Part shown: piece after piece, positions 51,064 through 60,127 of the stretch
Position numbering within the stretch: position 1 is the stretch's first letter
Layout of the letters: the number at the start of each line of letters is the position of its first letter
Source: Gemmatimonadales bacterium
GTDB taxonomy: Bacteria; Gemmatimonadota; Gemmatimonadetes; Gemmatimonadales; GWC2-71-9
DNA: 64,000 nt
Assembly: GCA_036004985.1 (NCBI GenBank)
Contig: DASYQX010000030.1
Location: 4,151 to 68,150, forward strand
Reading direction: 5' to 3'
Program-made: the position numbers and the translations under genes
The notes under the pieces: generated by a model
The model's input: only the letters and a program-made list of their open reading frames with translations
What the model was told of the DNA's origin: nothing
The model's database searches: none

Positions 51064-53367
51064 ATGATGCGTCGCCTGCTGCTCGCCTGCGTTCTCACCG
51101 CGACGTTGGGCGGCACGGTTGCCGCGCAGCGCGCCGCCCCCGCCGCCGACTCCACGCTGCTGACGGTGGATCGCATCTACGCCGGCGCCGAATTCCGCGG
51201 CGGCTCGTTCGGGCCGCTGGCGTGGCTCGGCGACGGATCGGCCTACACGACGCTCGAGCGCAGCGCGGAGACGAAAGACGGCCGCGACATCGTGCGCTAC
51301 GACGCGCAGACCGGGACGCGCTCGATTCTGGTGCCGGCGGCGCGCCTGATCCCGCCCGGTGATTCGGCGGCGCTCGACGTGGACGAGTACTCCTGGTCGG
51401 CGGACGGGAAGCGGCTGCTCGTCTTTACGAACACCGCTCAGGTGTGGCGCACGAACACGCGCGGCGATTACTGGGTGCTGGACCTCCAGACGTGGCGTCT
51501 CAAGAAGCTCGGCGGCTCTGGTCCAGCCTCGACGCTGATGTTCGCGAAGTTCTCGCCCGACGGGGGCCGGGTCGGCTGGGTGCGCTACGGCGAGTACAAC
51601 CTCTACGTCGAGGACCTCGCCACCGGCGCGATCACACCGCTCACCCGGGACGGCTCGCGCACCACGATCAACGGGACGTTCGACTGGGTGTACGAGGAGG
51701 AGCTGGGTCTGCAGGACGGCTGGCGCTGGAGTCCCGACGGTCAGGCGATCGCCTACTGGCAGCTCGACGCCACGGGCGTGCGCGACTTCCCGCTCTACAA
51801 CACCACCGACTCGCTCTACGCTTTCGAGATCCCGGTGCAGTATCCCAAGGCGGGACAGACTAACTCCGCCGGCCGCGTCGGCGTGGTGAGCGCGACGGGG
51901 GAGGGCGGTCCGACGCGCTGGATGCACGTGCCCGGGGATCCGCGCAACAACTACATCGCGCGGTTGGAGTGGGCGCCAGCAGCGGAGCGAGGAGCAGGGA
52001 GCAGGGAGCTCGTGATTCAGCACATGAATCGGCTCCAGAACACGATGCACGTGATGCTCGCCGACGCGCAGACGAGCGCGGTGCGAACGGTGTTCACCGA
52101 CCAGGACAGCGCCTGGGTCGAGCAGTTCGACGAGCTGACGTTCGTCAACCGGGGCCGCGACATCCTGTGGCTCTCGGAGCGGAGCGGGTGGAGCCATCTG
52201 TATCTGTTTCCCCGAGCCGGCGGCGCGCCGCGCGCCCTGACGAGCGGCGCGTTCGACGTCCTCGGCGTGCAGCGCGTGGACACGGCCGGCGGCTGGGTGT
52301 ATTACACGGCCTCGCCCGACAACCCGACGCAGCGCTACCTGTATCGCGTCAGCCTCACCCGGCGCGGCGCTCCACAGCGCGTGACGCCCGCTGGGGAATC
52401 GGGCGTGCACAGCTACAACGTGTCGCCGAACGGCCGGTACGCAGTGCACACCTACTCGCGGTTCGGCGTGCCGTCCACGACGACGCTGGTCGGCCTCCCG
52501 GAGCACCGCACCCTGCGCACGCTGGTGGACAATGCGGCGCTCAAGGCCAAGGTCGCCGGGCTGCGCCTGGGCGCGACCGAGTTCACGCAGGTGGACATCG
52601 GGGACGGCATCAAGCTCAACGCCTACTTGATCAAGCCGCCGGATTTCGACGCGACCAGGCGCTACCCGGTGTTTTTCACGGTGTACGGCGGGCCCGGCTC
52701 GCAGACCGTGATCGACGCGTGGGGCGGGGCCAACTATCTGTGGCACCAGATGCTGGCGCAGAAGGGGTACATCGTGGCCAGCGTGGACAACCGCGGCACC
52801 GGCGCGCGCGGGCGGGCGTGGCGCAAGATCGTGTACAAGCAGATGGGCGTGATCGAGACACGGGACCAGGCGGCCGCGGCGCGCGCCATCGGCCGCTTGC
52901 CGTACGTCGACTCCACGCGCCTCGGAATCTGGGGCTGGAGCTACGGCGGGTTCATGGCGCTGAACACGATCACGCAGCAACCCGACGTGTATCGGATGGC
53001 GATCGCGGTCGCGCCGGTGACGCACTGGAAGTACTACGATACGATCTACACCGAGCGGTACATGGGCCTGCCGCAGGACAACGCGGCCGGCTACGACAAG
53101 GGCTCACCGGTCACGTACGCCAAGAACCTGCGCGGCAAGTTACTGATCGTGCACGGCTCGGGTGACGACAACGTGCATTACCAGAACACCGAGGCGATGG
53201 TGAACGCGCTGGTGGCGGCGAACCGGCCGTTCCAGCTGATGGTGTACCCGAATCGCACGCACTCGATTTCGGGTGGGACGACACGGCAGCACTTGTTCAC
53301 GCTGCTGACGACGTTCGTGGAGGAGAATCTGCCGGCGACTGCGGGGACGAGGGCGGTGCTGCCTTAG
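51064..53367 (+). CDS. Dipeptidyl peptidase IV (S9B)
   Basis: DWVYEEE, YPKAG, VYGGP, GWSYGG, YDTIYTERY, HGSGDDNVH. Confidence 0.94.
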   Translation: MMRRLLLACVLTATLGGTVAAQRAAPAADSTLLTVDRIYAGAEFRGGSFGPLAWLGDGSAYTTLERSAETKDGRDIVRYDAQTGTRSILVPAARLIPPGDSAALDVDEYSWSADGKRLLVFTNTAQVWRTNTRGDYWVLDLQTWRLKKLGGSGPASTLMFAKFSPDGGRVGWVRYGEYNLYVEDLATGAITPLTRDGSRTTINGTFDWVYEEELGLQDGWRWSPDGQAIAYWQLDATGVRDFPLYNTTDSLYAFEIPVQYPKAGQTNSAGRVGVVSATGEGGPTRWMHVPGDPRNNYIARLEWAPAAERGAGSRELVIQHMNRLQNTMHVMLADAQTSAVRTVFTDQDSAWVEQFDELTFVNRGRDILWLSERSGWSHLYLFPRAGGAPRALTSGAFDVLGVQRVDTAGGWVYYTASPDNPTQRYLYRVSLTRRGAPQRVTPAGESGVHSYNVSPNGRYAVHTYSRFGVPSTTTLVGLPEHRTLRTLVDNAALKAKVAGLRLGATEFTQVDIGDGIKLNAYLIKPPDFDATRRYPVFFTVYGGPGSQTVIDAWGGANYLWHQMLAQKGYIVASVDNRGTGARGRAWRKIVYKQMGVIETRDQAAAARAIGRLPYVDSTRLGIWGWSYGGFMALNTITQQPDVYRMAIAVAPVTHWKYYDTIYTERYMGLPQDNAAGYDKGSPVTYAKNLRGKLLIVHGSGDDNVHYQNTEAMVNALVAANRPFQLMVYPNRTHSISGGTTRQHLFTLLTTFVEENLPATAGTRAVLP
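51983..52010 (+). repeat. In-frame heptamer repeat (GGGAGCA) inside the DPP IV gene
   Basis: cggagcg aggagca gggagca gggagct; same unit as 1274-1294. Confidence 0.7.
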
Positions 53368-54461
53368 CCCTTGCGCCGGCGCGGCCGCCGCCCCGACTCG
53401 GCCAGTTTCCAGAACTGTGCTTCTTTGATGACGGTGATCCGGTGCCCCAGTGCGGCGAGGCGCCGGATCTCCATCAGCTTGGTGCCGCCACCCGCACCGG
53501 CGATCTGCAGCCGGTTGGGCCGCCCGCGCACGAGCACATCGGTCGTGCGTCCGGGCTTCGAGTGCAGAATCGCGCCGGCTTTGCGGGCCGCGGCGATGGC
53601 CTCGCTGCGCGGACGGCTCAGGAACCCGGTGAAGGAGAGCCGCTTTCCCGCGAGACTCGCGACGCGGCCCACCGGCAGCTCCTTCGGACGTTGCCGCAGT
53701 GCCGCAATGAGCTCGCCGGCAGCCTCGTAGCGCCGGCCGCGGACCCCCAGACAGCGGTAAATGACCTCCTTCAAGTGGTCGCTGCACGGTAGGCCGCGGA
53801 CGTCGCGACTGCGCATGGGACTCGCGATGTCGCCGCGCAGCAGCATCGCCGCGAGCTGGCCGACCTGATAGATGTCGTCGCGCTGTTGCCACCGCCGGAT
53901 CCATCCCCACGCGATCTCCGTCGGCGCGTTGAGCGGATTGAAGGCGTCGGCGGTGACGCCCTGGCGATTCCGCTGGTGCCGGGCGATGCCGAAATCCCCC
54001 AGCTTGAGTTGCTCGTGCTCGCATACGAATACGTTGAACGGAGTGAGGTCGCGGTGCAGTGCCTGTCCGCGGTGCAGCGTATCGAGCGCTCCCAGGAGGG
54101 CTGCGATCTCGCGGCGCACGACGCGCTCGGGCTGTGGGCCACGGCGCTTGAGCCAAGCGCCCACGTCGCCGTGCTCCGCGTACTCCATCACGAGACAGTA
54201 GCGCATCCCGGTCCCGTCGGCCTCGGCGAACCGATCGAATACCCGGAGCGCGCGCGGCTCACGCTCGAGCAGCTCGGCGAAGTAAGCCTCGCGGAGCCAC
54301 GCCGTGAGACGATGGCTGATCTTGATGCAGACCTGCGCCGGCAGCCCGCCCGCGGGCGTCGGCGTCGCCAGGTAGACCTCGCCGAAGCCGCCCTTGCCGA
54401 TGAGGCGGTCCAGCCGGTAGGAGCGGCCGGTCTCGGAGCTATGGGGGGAGGGGTTCTCCAT
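53364..54461 (-). CDS. Soluble Ser/Thr protein kinase with a C-terminal BRCT domain
   Basis: IGKGGFGEVY, VCIK, HRDLTPFN, DFG, DDIYQVG; BRCT LAGKRLSFTG...GA...TDVLVRG...KL...ITVIKEAQF; no TM helix. Confidence 0.85.
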   Translation of the reverse strand: MENPSPHSSETGRSYRLDRLIGKGGFGEVYLATPTPAGGLPAQVCIKISHRLTAWLREAYFAELLEREPRALRVFDRFAEADGTGMRYCLVMEYAEHGDVGAWLKRRGPQPERVVRREIAALLGALDTLHRGQALHRDLTPFNVFVCEHEQLKLGDFGIARHQRNRQGVTADAFNPLNAPTEIAWGWIRRWQQRDDIYQVGQLAAMLLRGDIASPMRSRDVRGLPCSDHLKEVIYRCLGVRGRRYEAAGELIAALRQRPKELPVGRVASLAGKRLSFTGFLSRPRSEAIAAARKAGAILHSKPGRTTDVLVRGRPNRLQIAGAGGGTKLMEIRRLAALGHRITVIKEAQFWKLAESGRRPRRRKG

Positions 54462-54466
54462 GCGCA

Positions 54467-55525
54467 CTAGTTGCCGCGTGTCCGAGCCGCCGTCAAGCGA
54501 ACGGGAGCCAGCGTCACCGGCCCTCCAACGAACTTGCCGTAGGCACGGACGGCGGCATCGAGGGCTTTTGCCTCCACACCGTTGAGTGCACGCTTCAGAA
54601 CCATCTCGATGCGAATCGAGTTCCGTTTCGCGGTGGGCCTCCAATGCCCGACCAAACGACCATCGAGCAGCACAGCGTGGAAGAAGGGTGCGTCGCCCAG
54701 TCTAAACGAGTCGTCTCTGCTCTCGCTGTACGACATGATGATCTCGTCGTAACCCTGCACGAGGTCGACCGCCGGGGTCCTCGCGGTTCTCACGCCGCGG
54801 GATCCTTCGAACCAGTAGGTCCGGCCATCGACGACCTCACTCTCCAGTTCGCCGGCGACCGACGCCAGTCCGTCGCGGCCTTCAGTCGCCGTCAGGCTGG
54901 ACCAGCGCAGGAAGTCATTCAGGGTCGCCGGGCCACGGGACGTGAAATAGCGTCTCGTCAGCTCGGCCAACGCCGCGTCATAGTCGAGCGCCTTCGCATG
55001 GGGGGCTCGGTCGTCGAGCAGCGCGTAAGTGTGCTGCTTGCCCCGCATCGCGCCGCTGCACACGATGGCATCGAGCTCGGCACGCATGACGATGTACGCG
55101 AGTCTCGGACCACTCGCGCGGATCCCGGCACCCGCGAGCACGACTGCCAACTCCCGTCGGGTCAGGTGGGCTCCATCCCGCAACGCCTTGGCGATGAGCG
55201 AGTTGCACTTGGCGAAGACCTTGTTGTCGAGCTCGTGCTGCCGGTGGTAGTAGGCGTTCAAGGCGTGCACCCGTGGCGCCGTGACCTTGAGCAGCCAGCG
55301 GATGTCGTCGCCGAGCACGAAGTGCCACGTGGGTCGCAGCACATGCGTGCGTAATATCACGCCGTCCGCGAAGGCCTGCTCGACGTCGGCCCGCGTCGCT
55401 CCACGCGTGCGCTGCGCGACCGACCATTTGGCCAGCGGGAACTCCTGGGCCTGCAGCGCGGTCAGCCAGCGCACGACGTCTCGGGGGGTGTCAAAGCGCG
55501 TGCCCCAGAGACGCTGGGCGCGCAT
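54467..55525 (-). CDS. AlkZ-like (HTH_42) DNA glycosylase (alternative TTG start at 55555)
   Basis: Catalytic QxQ (ALQAQ), RTHVLRPTWHFV, LTRREL, RYFTSRGPAT..DF.RWS, YDE, VLLDGRLVGHW. Confidence 0.87.
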   Translation of the reverse strand: MRAQRLWGTRFDTPRDVVRWLTALQAQEFPLAKWSVAQRTRGATRADVEQAFADGVILRTHVLRPTWHFVLGDDIRWLLKVTAPRVHALNAYYHRQHELDNKVFAKCNSLIAKALRDGAHLTRRELAVVLAGAGIRASGPRLAYIVMRAELDAIVCSGAMRGKQHTYALLDDRAPHAKALDYDAALAELTRRYFTSRGPATLNDFLRWSSLTATEGRDGLASVAGELESEVVDGRTYWFEGSRGVRTARTPAVDLVQGYDEIIMSYSESRDDSFRLGDAPFFHAVLLDGRLVGHWRPTAKRNSIRIEMVLKRALNGVEAKALDAAVRAYGKFVGGPVTLAPVRLTAARTRGN

Positions 55526-55555
55526 GCGCAGTGGCGGGAGCGGAGGAACGGGCAA

Positions 55556-55626
55556 TTGGCCCCCTTGGATTCGAACCAAGATTACCGGATCCAAAGTCCG
55601 GTGTCCTGCCGTTGGACGAGGGGCCA
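55556..55626 (-). tRNA. tRNA-Gln (anticodon TTG), CCA not encoded
   Basis: TGGCCCC/GGGGCCA acceptor stem; CCGGA-CTTTGGA-TCCGG anticodon arm; CTTGG-TTCGAAT-CCAAG T arm. Confidence 0.95.
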
Positions 55627-55702
55627 GCGGCTGCTGCGACCATAAGCTAGCGAGTCCACCCCTCGCGGGGCAGCGGCGGCAGCCACGGCCCGCACCGGAC
55701 AG

Positions 55703-57823
55703 TTGCCCGTGCTCCCCCCAAGTGTTATCTGGTTAACGACCCGCTGGGGGGAGCCGGCCGTACACAAGGATAGTGGAGAGGCGGAACGCGCCTTCTGCGC
55801 ACGCTGCGGCGCGAGCCTGGGCACGGGTGCGTACTTCTGCCCGCGCTGCGGCACCAGCGTGCCCACCGCGGCGCGCGACGCCGTGACGGCCGTGTCCGTC
55901 CGCGGGTCCGACGCGGGCCGCGCGGCGCTGCTCGCGACACTGCGCCAGGCCACGCTGGGCGAATACGAGATCCTCACGGAATTGGGCCGCGGCGGCATGG
56001 CCACGGTGTACCTGGCGCACGACATCCCGCTCGATCGCAAAGTCGCGATCAAGGTGCTCGCCCCCGCCTTGCTCCTCATGGGCGAAGGCATGGTGGAGCG
56101 GTTCAAACGCGAGGCCCGGACGGCGGCCGCCCTGAGCCATCCCCACATCATTCCCATCTACGCGGTCAAGGAAAGCAACCGCGTCCTCTACTTCGTCATG
56201 AAGTACGTGCAGGGCCGGCCCCTCGACGCCGTCATCCGCGACGTTGGCCGCCTGCCGATCCCGATGGTGCAGGCCATCCTGGCTCACGTGGGCGACGCGC
56301 TCGCGTACGCGCATCGGCACGGCGTCATCCATCGGGACATCAAGTCGGCCAACATCATGCTCGACGAAGAGGGCTGGGCGGTCGTCACCGACTTCGGCAT
56401 CGCCAAGGTCGAGGAAGCTCAGGGGCTCACGCTGACCGGCGTGACGGTTGGGACGCCCACGTACATGAGCCCGGAACAATGCGCCACGTGCGAAGTCACC
56501 GGCGCCTCGGATCAGTATTCGCTCGGCGTCGTGGCGTACGAGATGCTCACGGGCCGCCTGCCGTTCCGGAGCGAGTCGACGATGTCCGTGATGTACGCGC
56601 ACTTCAACGAGCGCCCGCAGCCCGTGAGCGAGCTGCGACCCGACTGCCCCCCTAACCTCGCGGCCGCCGTCATGCGGATGCTGGAGAAGGAGCCGGAGGA
56701 TCGCTGGCCCACGATGGAGGACGTGGTGGCCGTGTGCGGGAGACCCTCGCTGCGGCACGACGACCCCATCCGCAGCGACATGATTACCCTGGCGAAAGCC
56801 GGCGGCGCGGCGCAGCTGCTCGCCGACATCAACACGCCGACCAGCCCGATCGCACTGGCCAAGGTGCCGACACGCCCACTCGCGCCCGCGCGTCGTCGGG
56901 TCTCCCCCCTGTGGTGGGGACTCGGCGTGGTCGGGATCGCCGCTGCCCTGTGGTGGACGGCGCCGTGGCGCTTGCTGCGGTCGTCGCCCCCGGCTGTGGT
57001 TGGCACCCTCCCCGCCCCGGGCCGGGCCGCGCCCTCCGCCGTGCCGGCGGAGACGGCCGCGGTCCGGCCGCCGCCACCCGCCCCACCCACCGCCGACTCG
57101 ACGGCCCCAGTGCAGGCGACGCGGCCGCCGAGCCGCCGTCTCAGTCGCACCGCCGCGCCGAGCGCGCTGGCAGGCGCCGGAGCCGCGGCGGAATCCGTGC
57201 TCCGAGCGGCAACCGCGCGTCAAGAAGACAGCCTCGTGCGCTCCATGCGGACCACGGCGCTCGCCGCGATGCAGCGGGCGGTCGGGGCCGGGGCAACGCC
57301 GGCGGAGCTGGCACGCGGGGACACGGTGTTGCGGGGGGCGGAATCGCTCGCGGCTGCGGGCCGGCTGTCCGAGGCGATGGTCCAGTTCGTCACGGCCACG
57401 TCTCTCTGGTCTGAAGGCGAGCGTCTGTCGCGGGCACGGGCGGCGCGCGACGCCGCGCCCCCCCCCCCCGTCGGCGCGCCTCCTCCCGCTCCGGTTGACC
57501 CGCGCCCGGCGATCGAGTCGGTGATCGCGGAGTACGCGCGCGCGCTCGAATCGCGCGACCTGAGCCAGGTGCGCCGGGCCTATCCAGGGCTCACGGCCGC
57601 GCAGCAACAAGGATGGCAGGATCTGTTCAGGTCGGTGCGCAGGCTCAAGGCCAGCTTGACCGTCACGACGCTGAACGCGACGGGCGCGACCGCCGAGGCG
57701 ACGGTGAGCGGCGTCTACGAGTTCGAGTATTCCACGACGGGCCGGACGGAGCGGCGTCCGGCAGCGTTCCGAGCCACGTTGGTCGCGGACTCCGCCGGCT
57801 GGCGGCTCAGCGCTATCCGCTAG
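55703..57823 (+). CDS. Zinc-ribbon Ser/Thr kinase with TM helix, Pro-rich linker and C-terminal NTF2-like domain (start uncertain)
   Basis: CARC..CPRC; LGRGGM, VAIK, HRDIKSAN, DFG, GTPTYMSPE; TM PLWWGLGVVGIAAALWW; C-terminal IESVIAEYARALESRD. Confidence 0.88.
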   Translation: MPVLPPSVIWLTTRWGEPAVHKDSGEAERAFCARCGASLGTGAYFCPRCGTSVPTAARDAVTAVSVRGSDAGRAALLATLRQATLGEYEILTELGRGGMATVYLAHDIPLDRKVAIKVLAPALLLMGEGMVERFKREARTAAALSHPHIIPIYAVKESNRVLYFVMKYVQGRPLDAVIRDVGRLPIPMVQAILAHVGDALAYAHRHGVIHRDIKSANIMLDEEGWAVVTDFGIAKVEEAQGLTLTGVTVGTPTYMSPEQCATCEVTGASDQYSLGVVAYEMLTGRLPFRSESTMSVMYAHFNERPQPVSELRPDCPPNLAAAVMRMLEKEPEDRWPTMEDVVAVCGRPSLRHDDPIRSDMITLAKAGGAAQLLADINTPTSPIALAKVPTRPLAPARRRVSPLWWGLGVVGIAAALWWTAPWRLLRSSPPAVVGTLPAPGRAAPSAVPAETAAVRPPPPAPPTADSTAPVQATRPPSRRLSRTAAPSALAGAGAAAESVLRAATARQEDSLVRSMRTTALAAMQRAVGAGATPAELARGDTVLRGAESLAAAGRLSEAMVQFVTATSLWSEGERLSRARAARDAAPPPPVGAPPPAPVDPRPAIESVIAEYARALESRDLSQVRRAYPGLTAAQQQGWQDLFRSVRRLKASLTVTTLNATGATAEATVSGVYEFEYSTTGRTERRPAAFRATLVADSAGWRLSAIR

Positions 57824-57829
57824 CCACCT

Positions 57830-59137
57830 TCAAAAGCTGTATTCGAGTCCCACCGTCCACAGGACGCTGGGCCGCAGTCCACCCCGGTTGATGGGCCACA
57901 GCGTGTTGGTGACGATCGTGATCCCCGAGCCCGTCAGGAACTTGAATCCGAACGAAGCATTGATCAGATCGTCGCGCCGGTTCGGGATATTCGTGGGCTC
58001 GACGGTGCGCCGGAACGGCACGTCATAGGTCACGATCCCCGGCAGCAGGAGTTTGTTCTCCCCGACCTGCAGCTCCGAGACGAGATCGACCGCCATCGTG
58101 GCCCATGGTGCCATCAGGTGATCGAACCCCACGGTGGCGAGCACGGCGTTGTTGAGCGAGTCGGTGCTGCGGAGCAGGAACCCGATGTTGGCATGCGGCG
58201 AGAACGGGCCAAACCGCGCCGACAGAATCCCCATGCCCCGGCCGACGATGTGGCCCGATCCCAGGAGATCGTCCGAGCTCCCGGTGGGGAAGCGCACGTC
58301 GGCCAGCAGCGCGAACGTGCTGCGTTCCGACTGCGTGACGGTCACCTTGACCCGCGCGGCCACGTCGCCGACCCCGGTCGCGGATCCGGCCACCGAGCGC
58401 GAGGTGGAGAGTTGCGGGTTGGTCGGCGTGCCCCCAAAGAAGTGCGCCGCGCTCGACTCGGCGAACGAAATGATCTGCGCGTCGCTCGTGCCGACGAGCG
58501 AGGTCGAGACGATCGGGAGCGCCACGCCGATGTCCACCCGATCGAGCAGCCCGAAGCTCACGAAGAACGAGGTGACCGTCATGTCGATGTCGATCGCGAG
58601 GCGCAGCGCAATGATGTCGTTCTCGAGGCGCGGGATGCCGAACGGCGCGCAATCCCGGCCTTCGATGCTGTCGCACGCGGGCGAATCGACGTTTTGGTGG
58701 ATGAAGTTCAAGCGGATGTCGTCGAGGCTGACGCCCCGCAGCGTCTCGAAGTGCAGGCGGTTGACGTTCGCGCCCACGAACACCCGCCCGCGGCCGAGCG
58801 TCTGCGCCCGTTCGGCGAACACGGGTCCGGGCGAGACCGAGGTCCGGACCGGGGCGCCGCCTTCGAAGCGAAACGTCGAGCCCCCGCTCGTCGCGCTCAC
58901 GGGAATGCCGGCGACATTGCCGCTGATGGCGTTACCGATGAACGAGATCAGGATGCCGTTCTGCGTGCTCGCCGACGTGATGAAATGGTTGGCGTGCAGC
59001 CCGGTGCCGCCGAGGAAGAGCGGTTGCTGTCCGGGGGCGAACACGAAGAGCTCGGAGATCTTGTCGCGCAGTCCCTGCGCGGCGACCGGGGTGGACGCGA
59101 GTGCGAACCCGAGGACACTCCACACCAATCGCCGCAT
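57830..59137 (-). CDS. Exported protein, probable outer-membrane beta-barrel (putative transporter-like)
   Basis: Signal peptide ...VAAQ; ERAQTLGRG, GVGDV..RVK, RFPTG...LLGSG; terminal VGLEYSF beta-signal. Confidence 0.7.
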   Translation of the reverse strand: MRRLVWSVLGFALASTPVAAQGLRDKISELFVFAPGQQPLFLGGTGLHANHFITSASTQNGILISFIGNAISGNVAGIPVSATSGGSTFRFEGGAPVRTSVSPGPVFAERAQTLGRGRVFVGANVNRLHFETLRGVSLDDIRLNFIHQNVDSPACDSIEGRDCAPFGIPRLENDIIALRLAIDIDMTVTSFFVSFGLLDRVDIGVALPIVSTSLVGTSDAQIISFAESSAAHFFGGTPTNPQLSTSRSVAGSATGVGDVAARVKVTVTQSERSTFALLADVRFPTGSSDDLLGSGHIVGRGMGILSARFGPFSPHANIGFLLRSTDSLNNAVLATVGFDHLMAPWATMAVDLVSELQVGENKLLLPGIVTYDVPFRRTVEPTNIPNRRDDLINASFGFKFLTGSGITIVTNTLWPINRGGLRPSVLWTVGLEYSF

Positions 59138-59152
59138 GGCTCCTCCGAGACC

Positions 59153-59178
59153 GGGGGGGGCGGGGGGGGGCGGGGGGG
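59153..59178 (+). repeat. Intergenic G8-C-G9-C-G7 tract (G-quadruplex-capable)
   Basis: gggggggg c ggggggggg c ggggggg. Confidence 0.7.
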
Positions 59179-59226
59179 AGGCCGCCGGTCACCTGGTCAC
59201 GAAGAGATGTGTGGAGCGGTCGGGCG

Positions 59227-60126
59227 TCAAGGCGACTGCGGCGCCGGCGCCGCGGCCGTGCGGGTAGCGGTTTTGATCAGCCGCTGCCGCGTCTCGCCCA
59301 GCTGCTGCGCCGCGTCGTCGCGCTCCCTCTCCTTCTTATAGACCGCCGCCACCGCGCTCCCCGATCCGCACAGCCGCACCCACACCGGCCCCGTGCCCGC
59401 GAGGCGCTCGTACAGCTCGCGCAGCTCGGGATGCTTCCCGAACACCGGCGCTTCGAAGTCGTTGCCCCCGAGCCGCCCGATGCTGCCCCAGGTGGCGAGC
59501 GAGTCGGCGACGAGCGCCACCGGGCCGCGCGCCCCGGGCGTCGGCGTCATCTCGTCCCACCAGCGGTACGCGTCGGCTGTCGCGACGGCGACCGGCGGCA
59601 CGGCGACGAGGGCGGGCGCGGCCGGCGGCGGGGGCAGGCGGAACAAGCGCTCGCCGCGGCCCCACCCCAGCGCCAGGGGCGCGCCACTCGCGAAGAACGC
59701 CGCGTCGGCACCGAGCCGGGTCGCGAAGTGCAGCAGCTCGTGGCGCGGCACCGGGTTGCCGGCGAGCGCATTGACGGCGTGCAGCGCCGCCGCGCCGTCG
59801 CTCGAGCCGCCGCCCAGCCCGGCGCGCACGGGAATGCGCTTTGTGAGCCGCAGCGCGACGCCGAACCGGTTCCCGGTGGCGTCGAGCACCGCCCGCGCCG
59901 CGCGCACCGCCAGATTCTCCTCGACGGGCCCCAAGTCGGCGCTCCCCCCGTCCACTTCGAGCGTGAGGCCCGCGGGGGTGCGCCGCACCTCGAGCTCGTC
60001 GGCAAGCTCGAGCAGCGCGAACGCCGTCTCGATCTGGTGCCACCCGTCGCGCTCCCGCGCGAGGATTCGGAGGAACAGATTGAGCTTCGCGTGGGCGGCG
60101 ATGCGGACCAGATCCGGCGCCGTCAC
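59227..60126 (-). CDS. ispE: 4-diphosphocytidyl-2-C-methyl-D-erythritol kinase
   Basis: AHAKLNLFLRI, KRIPVRAGLGGGSSDGA, LGAD..FF, GRGE, NDFE, LCGSGS. Confidence 0.93.
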   Translation of the reverse strand: MTAPDLVRIAAHAKLNLFLRILARERDGWHQIETAFALLELADELEVRRTPAGLTLEVDGGSADLGPVEENLAVRAARAVLDATGNRFGVALRLTKRIPVRAGLGGGSSDGAAALHAVNALAGNPVPRHELLHFATRLGADAAFFASGAPLALGWGRGERLFRLPPPPAAPALVAVPPVAVATADAYRWWDEMTPTPGARGPVALVADSLATWGSIGRLGGNDFEAPVFGKHPELRELYERLAGTGPVWVRLCGSGSAVAAVYKKERERDDAAQQLGETRQRLIKTATRTAAAPAPQSP

Positions 60127-60127
60127 G

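Noticed and set aside
55526..55594. AlkZ ORF-track start at 55594, inside the tRNA
   Set aside because: It would overlap the tRNA gene; the real start must be at or after 55555 in the reading direction
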